The notes under the pieces are model-generated. The model did no database searches, had not been told where the DNA came from, and was given only the letters and a program-made list of their open reading frames with translations. Below are positions 17,701 through 26,091 of a stretch of 64,000 nt of DNA, piece by piece; within the stretch, counting starts at the first letter, position 1, and each line of letters begins with the position of its first letter. The translations under genes were made by a program, and so were the position numbers. Location: IMG/VR virus record IMGVR_UViG_3300009181_000042, positions 38,746-102,745 of that record. The stretch is one strand, 5' to 3'. Origin of the DNA: a virus.

Positions 17701-20700
17701 CTGTATGGTGGTATTGGCAACAAAGCTGTTGACTTGTGCAGCACCTGTGCTGTTGATGGTAGCTGTGGTTATGTTGGTGTTGCTAACCAAGCTACCGACT
17801 ATAGCACCACCAGCGCCAACATTTAAGCTTGCAGTGCTAGTAGCTGTGTTTACATTTAAGCTATTGGTGTAACTAACACCAGCAATATTAAGGTTAGCGC
17901 TGTAGATGTTGGCATTGCTGATCAGCTGATTGACAGTCGCAGTGCCTGCGCTTTGTATAGAAGTGTTGCTGGTGATAGACCCGGCTACTAGGTTGCCTGT
18001 GACATTGACATTGCTTACAGTGATGGCGGTGTTGACCACTAGTGCATTTACAGTGGTAGTGCCTGCACTTTGTATAGTTGTATTGCTGTCTATGCCATTG
18101 AACACAGCAGCGCCTGTGCTGTTGATAGTAGCTGTGGTTATGTTGTTGTTGCTGACCAAGCTATCAACAATAGCACCACCTGCACCTACATTTAAGCTGT
18201 TAGTGCTGGTAGCAGCATTCACGTTTAAACTGTTGACCTGTGCCAGTCCAGCAATATTGAGATTAGCACCGTAGATGTTGGCATTGCTGATCAAGCTACC
18301 AACAACTGCGCCACCTGCACCAACATTCAGTGATGCAGTGCTAGTGGCGGTGTTTACGTTCAGGCTGTTGACTTGCGTCTCACCGGCTATGTTTAAATTA
18401 GCGCCGTAGATATTGGCATTGCTGATCAGCTGATTGACAGTAGCCAGTCCTGCACTTTGTATGATGCCGTTGCTGTAGACATTGCCCTGCCAAGCAGTGC
18501 CGCTGATGTTGAGATTGGCACCTGTGACGTTGGCATTGGCCAATAGCGAATTTACCGTAACAGCACCAGCGGCCTGTATAGTAGTGTTGCTGTTAATGCT
18601 GTCAAACACTGCAGCGCCAGTGCTGTTGATGCTAGCAGTGGTTATGTTGTTGTTGCTGATCAAACTATTGACTGTAGCCAGCCCATTCACGTTAACAGTG
18701 TCACCGTAGATGTTGTTATTAGCTACTAGCGAATTAACAGTAGTAACACCTGCGCTTTGTATAGTGGTGTTGCTGGTAATTGCCCCAGCAACCAAGTTGC
18801 CTGTGACGCTGATGTTGCTGACGATTATAGCTGTGTTAACTACCAGTGCGTTTAAAGTAGCAGTGCCTGCACTTTGTATCGTAGTGTTGCTGTCTATGCT
18901 GGCAAACACAGCTTTACCGCTACTGCCATAGGTTGCACTATAGATGTTAGTGTTGCTGACGATGTCTTGTCCGGTGATCAGCGTAGTTGCCTGCACATTA
19001 GGCGTGATCACAGCAATATTACCAACCAGTATGTTACCAGTCATGTTATTCAGCGCTGTGATACCAGCTGATGTAATACTGGTATTGGCAGCTATCAGCA
19101 GTGCGCTGATCTGGTTAGTAGCACTTATATTAGTGCTGCTAACTTCGTTGTTTGCATGCACAGCGCCGCCGCTTATCAGACCAACTGCACTGATGGCTGC
19201 ATTAGAATTCAATTGGTTAGCTAAGAGATCTTGACCAAATCTACCAGCACCCGTAGTGGCTATTTGTCCGGTGGCGTTAACATTGCCACCGATACCAACG
19301 CCACCTGTAACTACCAGGGCACCAGTGCTGCTGTTGATGCTTACTGTAGAATTGCTGAGATATAGCTCGCCAAACTGTGCAGCCCCATATACAAAGCCAG
19401 ATACGCTCTCAAACGGGTTAAAAACATTGGTAACACCTGGTTGCACGTTGTTTAGATATACGAACCTACCTGTGCTGTTTTGCCAGCCCATGAATGCATG
19501 GTTGTCTTCAGTCACATAGTAGTGCATGATTATGCCACGGTCGTAACCGTCATTGCTGGTCAGCGGCGGGTTATTAGCGCTGTCAGATCCTACTTCTATG
19601 GTTGGTCCCAACACGCTAATAGTGTTGGTATTAAATATGGTTGTGTTACCAATTACAATGAGGTTGCCGTTGATGCGTACATTGCCGTCAAGCAGCGTGT
19701 CGCCTAGCACATTGAGATTGCCACCAATACCAACACCGCCTGTGACCACCAATGCACCGCTGCTGGTGCTGTAGCTTTCGGTGTTGTTGGTCACGGTTGC
19801 CAAGCCGCTAACCGTGAGATTGGCAGTGGTCGTAGACACATTAGCCGTGATAGTATTGCCGCTGATACCGTTAAATGCATTGATACCCAGCGCAGTGACA
19901 CTGGTATTGCTGTTTACAGTCTGGAATAGTGCAGTGCCTGCGCTTTGTATGGTGGTGTTGCTGGTAATGGTCTGCACTATAGCGTTTGTGATCACGTTCA
20001 ACGTGCTGGTAACAACAGCAGTATTAACCTGCAGGCTGCTTACGAGAGCGAGATCGCTGGTCTTGAGAGTGACACCTTCAACAAATCCGTTGCTGCGAAA
20101 GTCGCTACCGCTGATTAAACTGCCTGCACTTATGGTTGTGTTACTGACCACAGTCCTAGCAGTAACCTGCGTGTTGGCCTGAACGAACGTGTTGCTAGTG
20201 AGACTGCCAACTACTGCACCACCATCACCAACTGTTAGCGATGCAGTGCTGATATCTGCGTTTACATTTAAGCTATTGATGTAGCCACGCCCGGCTATGT
20301 TGAGATTGGCACCGTAGATGTTGGCATTGCTGATCAGTGCATTTACCGATGCTGTATCTGTGCTTTGCAGATTAGTTGCAACAACGTTGGTATTGCTGTT
20401 TAAGCTGTTGACCTGCGCAGCACCTGTGCTGTTTATACTAGCAGTGGTTATGTTGTTGTTACTGACCAAGCTACCGACTATAGCACCACCAGCACCTACA
20501 TTGAGACTAGCAGTGCTGGTAGCGGTGTTTACATTCAAGCTATTGATCTGTGCTAGGCCAGCTATGTTGAGATTGGCACCGTAGATGTTGGCATTGCTGA
20601 TCAGAGAATTAACTGTGGCAGTATCAGCACTCTGTATAGTCGTGTTGCTGGTTATCGACCCGGCTACTAGGTTGCCTGTGACATTGACATTGCTTACAGT

Positions 20701-21867
20701 GATGGCTGTGTTGACCACTAGTGCATTTACAGTGGTAGTGCCTGCACTCTGTATGGTGGTGTTGCTGTCTATGCCATTGAACACAGCAGCGCCTGTGCTG
20801 TTGATAGTAGCAGTGGTTATGTTGTTGTTGCTGACCAAGCTGCCAACTATGGCGCCGCCAGCACCCACATTCAGTGATGCAGTGCTGGTAGCTGTGTTTA
20901 CATTCAGGCTGTTGACCTGAGTAGCACCGGTTGAGTTCAGCGTAGCAGTGGTTATGTTGTTGTTGCTGACCAAGCTATCAACTATAGCGCCACCGGCGCC
21001 AACGTTCAGCGATGCAGTGCTAGTAGCTGTGTTTACATTTAGGCTGTGTACTTGAGCTAGGTCGGCTATGTTTAAGTTAGCGCCATAGATATTGGCGTTA
21101 CTGATCAGCTGATTGACTGTAGTTAATCCTGCGCTTTGTATAGTTGTGTTGCTGCTTATGCTGTTGCCGAGTATGAACGTACCGGCCTGCACAAACGTGT
21201 TACTGATTACGCTGTTAACTACAAGATCTTGCGCTATTGCTAAGTTACTGAATGTAACAGTACCTCTGACAAACAAGTTGCCGTTTACGTCGAGATCGGT
21301 ACCTATGTTACCCGATCCAGCAATTACCAAACTGTTTCCAGTAAACACATTTGCTGTGATCAGATCGGCGCCGGTGATACTACCGTTAATACCTGTTATC
21401 GAGATGTTGCTTGCAGCGAGCAAACCAAGAACATTGATGTTGCTGGTGTTCAATGCTAGATTAACGTTGTCCCAATAGAAATTAGCATAATCACCGCTGA
21501 AGCTATTACCGCTACCTGCGAATTGGACAGTACCAGGATACCCATAGCTGGTTCCTGCCCCAGTACCAAAGGCAGCAGTGGTCATGAACGTACCGTCAGG
21601 GAACTTTATACCACTGGTTGTTGTGGCAGTGTTGGTGATCTTGATGTTGCCCCAGACATCTATCGGATACTGTGGGCCGTTAGTACCTATACCAACAGTT
21701 GTAAACGTACCTTGTCCGGCTGCGATATTAGCATTACTGCCATTAGGTAATAAAAAGCTGATGGTACCGTCAGCATTGGTAACACGGGGCCCTTGTTTGC
21801 CCAGGCTGAGATCACCTGATACGCCACTAAGCTTAAAGTCGAACGTTGGGTTATTTGGCAGCGACAT
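14707..21867 (-). CDS. giant repetitive virion fibre/structural protein (2386 aa)
   Basis: N/T/S/G/A/V/I-rich 17-aa repeats, STSTGALxVxGGVGIGGN modules, C-terminal FRTAHYMVQV...HDG...TEYG domain. TAAATA upstream. Confidence 0.8.
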   Translation of the reverse strand: MSLPNNPTFDFKLSGVSGDLSLGKQGPRVTNADGTISFLLPNGSNANIAAGQGTFTTVGIGTNGPQYPIDVWGNIKITNTATTTSGIKFPDGTFMTTAAFGTGAGTSYGYPGTVQFAGSGNSFSGDYANFYWDNVNLALNTSNINVLGLLAASNISITGINGSITGADLITANVFTGNSLVIAGSGNIGTDLDVNGNLFVRGTVTFSNLAIAQDLVVNSVISNTFVQAGTFILGNSISSNTTIQSAGLTTVNQLISNANIYGANLNIADLAQVHSLNVNTATSTASLNVGAGGAIVDSLVSNNNITTATLNSTGATQVNSLNVNTATSTASLNVGAGGAIVGSLVSNNNITTATINSTGAAVFNGIDSNTTIQSAGTTTVNALVVNTAITVSNVNVTGNLVAGSITSNTTIQSADTATVNSLISNANIYGANLNIAGLAQINSLNVNTATSTASLNVGAGGAIVGSLVSNNNITTASINSTGAAQVNSLNSNTNVVATNLQSTDTASVNALISNANIYGANLNIAGRGYINSLNVNADISTASLTVGDGGAVVGSLTSNTFVQANTQVTARTVVSNTTISAGSLISGSDFRSNGFVEGVTLKTSDLALVSSLQVNTAVVTSTLNVITNAIVQTITSNTTIQSAGTALFQTVNSNTSVTALGINAFNGISGNTITANVSTTTANLTVSGLATVTNNTESYSTSSGALVVTGGVGIGGNLNVLGDTLLDGNVRINGNLIVIGNTTIFNTNTISVLGPTIEVGSDSANNPPLTSNDGYDRGIIMHYYVTEDNHAFMGWQNSTGRFVYLNNVQPGVTNVFNPFESVSGFVYGAAQFGELYLSNSTVSINSSTGALVVTGGVGIGGNVNATGQIATTGAGRFGQDLLANQLNSNAAISAVGLISGGAVHANNEVSSTNISATNQISALLIAANTSITSAGITALNNMTGNILVGNIAVITPNVQATTLITGQDIVSNTNIYSATYGSSGKAVFASIDSNTTIQSAGTATLNALVVNTAIIVSNISVTGNLVAGAITSNTTIQSAGVTTVNSLVANNNIYGDTVNVNGLATVNSLISNNNITTASINSTGAAVFDSINSNTTIQAAGAVTVNSLLANANVTGANLNISGTAWQGNVYSNGIIQSAGLATVNQLISNANIYGANLNIAGETQVNSLNVNTATSTASLNVGAGGAVVGSLISNANIYGANLNIAGLAQVNSLNVNAATSTNSLNVGAGGAIVDSLVSNNNITTATINSTGAAVFNGIDSNTTIQSAGTTTVNALVVNTAITVSNVNVTGNLVAGSITSNTSIQSAGTATVNQLISNANIYSANLNIAGVSYTNSLNVNTATSTASLNVGAGGAIVGSLVSNTNITTATINSTGAAQVNSFVANTTIQGIGTATLNALVVNAAITANDVTVANDLVARTITSNVTIQANGTITGSSFESNGAINGQSLNIRNTVIAQDIFANATITASNLIVSNITEFNVIVSNTSVTAGTYINARQLIANVNVGIGTATVQYPLDIYGNIHIGNTASTTSGILFPDGTFQETAAFYTPSYGTQGTIQFAGAANTFSGNSGSLIWHTGNTTLGVSSVFINSNVQSTSPLNGALTVYGGVGIVGNLNITGNITLTGNVNQITGNSGVFYGDTYGFGALYGGIISGYVYQPNTVLQLSANVDDFAQLNLQNINPGTAASGDIVVTADNGNSTDTYINMGINSSTFAPGLVDRANDGYLYVAGNTVTGGGNLILGTLANNDIVFTQGGDSPGNEAARLVYGQGLVIGQTTPSISTATGALTVAGGVGIGGNLNVGGVFDVGGLATFSAITATGEIVTGSLTSNGTIQSAGIATVNDLISNTNITTVTFNSTGAAQASSLTVNTVISTDTITSSGAATFASISSNGTIQSGGTATVNELISNTNIFGATLNTSGAVVVDSLTSNTTIQSNGAAVFNNFTANTRSYITSGGIDVVGDSTISGNLTVTGNLTLSGNTTVINVQSLTIVDPVIELGIGTGGTPLVVDDGYDRGVLMDYYHNPAYNGETAGFNHAFMGYDNSTGRLIYVTNVAPGELNVSNEITLYPGIIYGGATFGNIWLGNAQSISTDTNSGGVVSLGGIGTDGNINVGGQLSNFTGNINIFGSNTATSSTTGALTVAGGVGVIGNLFVGGNIVVNNSAQFSYVIASNAITAASLFSNATIQASSDLFANTVTSNTTIQAGTSLLANTVTSNTTIQAGTSLLANTVTSNTTIQANSTITGSRIESNGAVNGASLNIRGFANVQVLQSNGYVSGNTWVIDGNAHTSTSTFQQVVDAWPAATFRTAHYMVQVTDTTNSYYQATQVMLIHDGTDVYLTEYGDIYTNQSLGLFQADIVSNMVELLFTPNTSATMIIKSVRTAIDT
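15152..15304. repeat. 3 x 51-bp coding tandem repeat (17 aa)
   Basis: gcttgtatcgtagtattgctagtgacagtgtt... recurs with period 51. Confidence 0.85.
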
Positions 21868-21932
21868 CTGGTCTCCGGCTGAGTATTAGGCCATTAGAGT
21901 TCCTAATATTTAGTTTGGCCTAACCAGCAAGA

Positions 21933-24146
21933 TTAACTGTAGTCCATGGTTATGCGATAAGCACCTTGTGTACTGGTTCCTACGCCAACAAATGCCTTGA
22001 TTGCAGTGGTTGTTATCACTGGATAACTCAGTGATGTGGTGTAAGATCCCACAGTTGTAGTATCTATCAGCGTGTTGTCCATGAGCAAACCTGGTATGCT
22101 GTCAGTACCTATAGATATGTTGCTGGCTGAGTCGTTAAATGCTGTGGTTATCTGCACATCTAAGAACACCACAGTCTTAGGTGCTGCCATGGTACCAACC
22201 ATAACTGGACTTGTGCTAGTGTATGTGCCAGCAGCTAGGAAGTTATAGATCAGCGTGGTGCTGCCAACCGAGCTGTTACCAATGTTATGACCATCTGTGC
22301 TCAGTCCGATTGGTTGCCATATAGTAGGAACGAGTGCTGCTGCAATGTACGCTTGGTTATGACCGCTGCCGTCGTCGTATACATACACAATCGTGCCCTG
22401 CGTCACAGTCAGCGCATCACGGTCAGCAATGGTATTGACAAAATAACCAACTGCAACACCTGTTGGCCCAGTCGGACCAGTCAGCTGGCTGATGCTGCTG
22501 ATGCTCCAGGCTACGATATCAACAAGGTCGCCTGTTACGCTAGGCGCATTTAGCGTGATCACGTTTCCGTTATTAGCCAGATATTCACTAGGAGTAAGCT
22601 TAACACCGTTGACAAAGACTTCTACATAGGGCGGCGTGTATGCACACACAAACTGCGTTTGCCCATTGGTAGCCGCAAAATTATATTCTTGGAACGCACC
22701 AACGTTTGCAGGACCAGTGGGACCAGTAGCCCCGCTGCCTGTTGGGCCAGTAGCACCTGTTGGATTGATACCTGCCAGCTGCCATGCTATGATGGTAACA
22801 GGATCCCCGCCAACTGCTGCGTTGTCTAGTACTACTGTAACGCCGTCTGTAGCCACATACAGATCCGGAGTTAACAATATACCGTTATAATAAACGTCTA
22901 TCCATCCTACGTAGTAGGCAGCTGGAAAAACCGTTTGGCCATTTGTGGCTACAATGTCAAATCGAGCATACGCACCCAGTGCTGCGGGACCAGTAGGACC
23001 AATAGGCCCAGTTGAACCGCTTGTACCAGTTGGTCCGGTAGCACCTGTGTTCACTGCAGTGCCTGGGGTACCAGTTGGTCCAGTTGGACCGGTTGGACCA
23101 GTAAATCCTGTGCTGCTACCTATCACTTGCCAGTATGCATTGGTATCTGTTGGATTGATACAGATGTATGCCACATGTGTGGTGATGTTGATCCATATAC
23201 TGCCAAATCCATACCCAATGGTCTCATCGTCATTGACAGTTGGCGGATTAAGTGCAGTGTAGTTGTTTAGAGGTCCAACATAACCAACCTGTGCAAGCTT
23301 TACTGCGCTAGCATCGTCAATCTTGATATAGACCGGCATAGCAAGATTGTTGGGTCTGACAGTTGTTAGCCCGCCAGGGACAGTGGTGCTTAGATATAGT
23401 ACATCACCGGGTAATCCCGGCAGGCCGCTGAGCCCGTACAGTATCTTGCCGCGCGGTTCCCAACTAAAATAATCATAACCAGGTATACCCAGCTGTCGTA
23501 CTGTACCGATCACAGCAGTAGTTGTGTAACTATTTGCTATGGCTAGCTGATATGATCCGTCGTTGCGTAGATATATGACATCGCCGACATCAAACCCGTA
23601 CCCCGGTTGGAATATGGTTACCAGATTCTGTTTGAGGTTTCTTGACTCAAACTTGCTGATGACATCTTGCAGGAACCCTGGATAGGGTTGTATGAAGCTG
23701 TTGTACAGTGTTAGCGTGTGGAATACAGGAATACCGTCTTCGTCTATGGCAAATATGAATCCCGGATCGCCAGTTGCTGCAACACCGTCTTGGCTAGAGA
23801 ACTGTTCCCAACGGCCAGTGTCTTCGATAACACATTCGATGTAATCAGCTGTTGCTGTGGTTATCTGCACTATCTGGGTACATTTACCAGTAGCAGCCTC
23901 GCCGTACCACATGCCAACTTGTATGTCTAATCCGTCGTATATGTACAGCTGAGGTGTGCTAAAGCTGCTGTGATTCTGCTGTATGACCGTGGCAGTCATG
24001 GTCCAGCGATAGGGCTGCGGAGCAGGACCGCCTTGCCACCATTGATCTTCGCCATATACCGGACCTTCGTCGACTGGCCAATAGTCTAAGGGAGTTATGG
24101 TGATGTTGTCTACAAACAGCGTGAGGATTGGTAGGATGGATGCCAT
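21933..24146 (-). CDS. virion structural protein with short GPT collagen segments (737 aa)
   Basis: GPTGPTG runs separated by two ATNGQT-F...DVYYNG/EVFVNG domains. Confidence 0.75.
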   Translation of the reverse strand: MASILPILTLFVDNITITPLDYWPVDEGPVYGEDQWWQGGPAPQPYRWTMTATVIQQNHSSFSTPQLYIYDGLDIQVGMWYGEAATGKCTQIVQITTATADYIECVIEDTGRWEQFSSQDGVAATGDPGFIFAIDEDGIPVFHTLTLYNSFIQPYPGFLQDVISKFESRNLKQNLVTIFQPGYGFDVGDVIYLRNDGSYQLAIANSYTTTAVIGTVRQLGIPGYDYFSWEPRGKILYGLSGLPGLPGDVLYLSTTVPGGLTTVRPNNLAMPVYIKIDDASAVKLAQVGYVGPLNNYTALNPPTVNDDETIGYGFGSIWINITTHVAYICINPTDTNAYWQVIGSSTGFTGPTGPTGPTGTPGTAVNTGATGPTGTSGSTGPIGPTGPAALGAYARFDIVATNGQTVFPAAYYVGWIDVYYNGILLTPDLYVATDGVTVVLDNAAVGGDPVTIIAWQLAGINPTGATGPTGSGATGPTGPANVGAFQEYNFAATNGQTQFVCAYTPPYVEVFVNGVKLTPSEYLANNGNVITLNAPSVTGDLVDIVAWSISSISQLTGPTGPTGVAVGYFVNTIADRDALTVTQGTIVYVYDDGSGHNQAYIAAALVPTIWQPIGLSTDGHNIGNSSVGSTTLIYNFLAAGTYTSTSPVMVGTMAAPKTVVFLDVQITTAFNDSASNISIGTDSIPGLLMDNTLIDTTTVGSYTTSLSYPVITTTAIKAFVGVGTSTQGAYRITMDYS

Positions 24147-24159
24147 GGTTATGCTTCCA

Positions 24160-25491
24160 TCATCCGGTGAATATCATGGTAACCCAGAGATATCCATTAC
24201 CGCTAGTTGGTATACCAGTGTTACCAGGCGTCAGTGCAAACAAGCTGGTACTGTCAATAGTCAAGCTCAATGCGCTGTATGATCCGCCAGTTGCACCAGT
24301 TGGCACTGTTTGCCTATAAGCACCTGCTGGTTGGACCAACGGTCCACCCTGGCAGCTCACTATGCTAGGGTATTGGTTCAAGTTGTGATCAATGGTGATC
24401 TGTGTATCACTCAGTCTGGTTATCTGAGGTGCTGTTATGTTGACCAAGTTGTCCGCAAATGCAGTCGGTGCAATGATACCGCTGTTAAAGATCAATCTAA
24501 AGCTTATCAGGCTGGTTGCTGCTGGACCAGCTGAGCCAGTAGGACCACTTGGACCAGTAACGCCCTGTGTACCAGTCGGACCTGTTACTGCGCTGACAGG
24601 ACCCGTTGGTCCAGAATTACCCGTGGGCCCTGTGCCACCAGTCGGGCCAATTGGCCCGCCACTAGGACCCGTAGGACCGGTAACAGTTGATAGATTGGCT
24701 ATCTCCCAGGCTACAATGCTGACTGGGTCGCCGCCCAGCGCAGCGTTAGTTAATGTTACAGACGTGCCGTTGTCTGCGATATAATCGTTGGTTGGTACTA
24801 ACAACAGCCCGTTGTAGTAGACATCAACAAATCCTGGTTCGTATGCAGCAGCAAACACAGTCTGTCCGGGTGCTGCATACGTGTCGTATCGCATGAATGC
24901 ACCACTAGCAGCCGGACCAGTGGGGCCTGCGTTGCCAGTTGGACCTGTGCTATTTGGTCCGGTTGGACCTGGCGGACCCGGCGGGCCTTGTGCACCACCA
25001 GTGTTGGTAGCCTGCGGTGCATTGCCGCCGCCGGCAATGGCACCATAATTCAGCAGTATCTGACTGACCTGACCAACGAAATATACATCAGTTGGCGGCG
25101 GTACGAGATACTTGCGATCTACAACAGCACGCACCCAAACATAGTTGCCACTAAAATTGTAAGCGTAAATGCCAGTGTCACCGTTGGACGAATTAGGTGA
25201 TCCGTTTAGTGGCCATTGATTTAATTCTGGATTATAACCAGTTGGCAGTGCAGGATCTAACGGGAATTGCACATATGATGTGCCGTACCCGATTGGAATG
25301 TTGAACCAATCAGTTTCCTTTGGATCACTAGCCAAGCTGCCCTGTATATAGATGCGGCCTGTGAAATTGTCCAAATTGATGCTGACGGTGTGATTATTAC
25401 CAACCGTGTTGTTATAACCAGCGCCAGGCTGTTTAATGCCAATGACGTTGAGCTGATCTCTGGTATTAGTTAATAGTGTGACGCTGATCAT
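24160..25491 (-). CDS. virion structural protein with GPT collagen segments (443 aa)
   Basis: Same GQTVF...DVYYNG domain and collagen runs; TAAATA upstream. Confidence 0.75.
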   Translation of the reverse strand: MISVTLLTNTRDQLNVIGIKQPGAGYNNTVGNNHTVSINLDNFTGRIYIQGSLASDPKETDWFNIPIGYGTSYVQFPLDPALPTGYNPELNQWPLNGSPNSSNGDTGIYAYNFSGNYVWVRAVVDRKYLVPPPTDVYFVGQVSQILLNYGAIAGGGNAPQATNTGGAQGPPGPPGPTGPNSTGPTGNAGPTGPAASGAFMRYDTYAAPGQTVFAAAYEPGFVDVYYNGLLLVPTNDYIADNGTSVTLTNAALGGDPVSIVAWEIANLSTVTGPTGPSGGPIGPTGGTGPTGNSGPTGPVSAVTGPTGTQGVTGPSGPTGSAGPAATSLISFRLIFNSGIIAPTAFADNLVNITAPQITRLSDTQITIDHNLNQYPSIVSCQGGPLVQPAGAYRQTVPTGATGGSYSALSLTIDSTSLFALTPGNTGIPTSGNGYLWVTMIFTG

Positions 25492-25529
25492 GGTACCGCC
25501 TGAATACTGCGTTATTTAGCGGTAAGCAC

Positions 25530-25712
25530 TTAGCCTAATTCAGCGAGCTCGACTATGATAGATGCATCATTGAGCACTTCTTCAATCAGCGCAGGGGCAG
25601 TAGCCTCTAATAAGCTGCGCTGTTCTTCAGTTAGCACAGCATTAGGTGCTGTATTATCCTTGACCATGCGGGTCAACTTGATAACGACCAATTCTTCTAC
25701 TAGTTTTGCCAT
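25530..25712 (-). CDS. small hypothetical phage protein
   Basis: AGGGAG SD; TAAGTA promoter variant upstream. Confidence 0.7.
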   Translation of the reverse strand: MAKLVEELVVIKLTRMVKDNTAPNAVLTEEQRSLLEATAPALIEEVLNDASIIVELAELG

Positions 25713-25758
25713 GATGTATCTCCCTGTTGGCTAGAAATACTTATGGTGTTTTTAGCAA

Positions 25759-26091
25759 TTAATTACGAATCTTTGGCTTGCGTCCTCGCTTACGACCAGT
25801 CGTTCGCATGGTACCGTCTGGTTTAACATTGTAGATATCAGCATATCTGTCTATGTTCATGCCATCTATTGCAGTGATGTCTTGGCTAGCAACTGTGATC
25901 TCATTGGTACCATTTGCTTGCTTTAGCGAAAACATTGCACTGTGTCCGTCGTGGTTGATTGATTGCAGTAGGTAATCATCAGCAACGTAACTGACCATGC
26001 CAAACTTGTTAGTAGTACCTCTGCGAGCAGTGACTATATTGTCCTTGACCAGTGCACCTATGCTGATTAATGTGTCTATCACATCTGTCAT
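25759..26091 (-). CDS. hypothetical protein with basic C-terminal tail (GRKRGRKPK)
   Basis: ATGA-coupled to clpA. Confidence 0.75.
   Translation of the reverse strand: MTDVIDTLISIGALVKDNIVTARRGTTNKFGMVSYVADDYLLQSINHDGHSAMFSLKQANGTNEITVASQDITAIDGMNIDRYADIYNVKPDGTMRTTGRKRGRKPKIRN

Noticed and set aside
14707-21867. Dense N-x-S/T sequons as evidence of N-glycosylation
   Set aside because: Expected from the Asn/Thr/Ser-rich composition of beta-repeat fibres; no N-glycosyltransferase was recognised.
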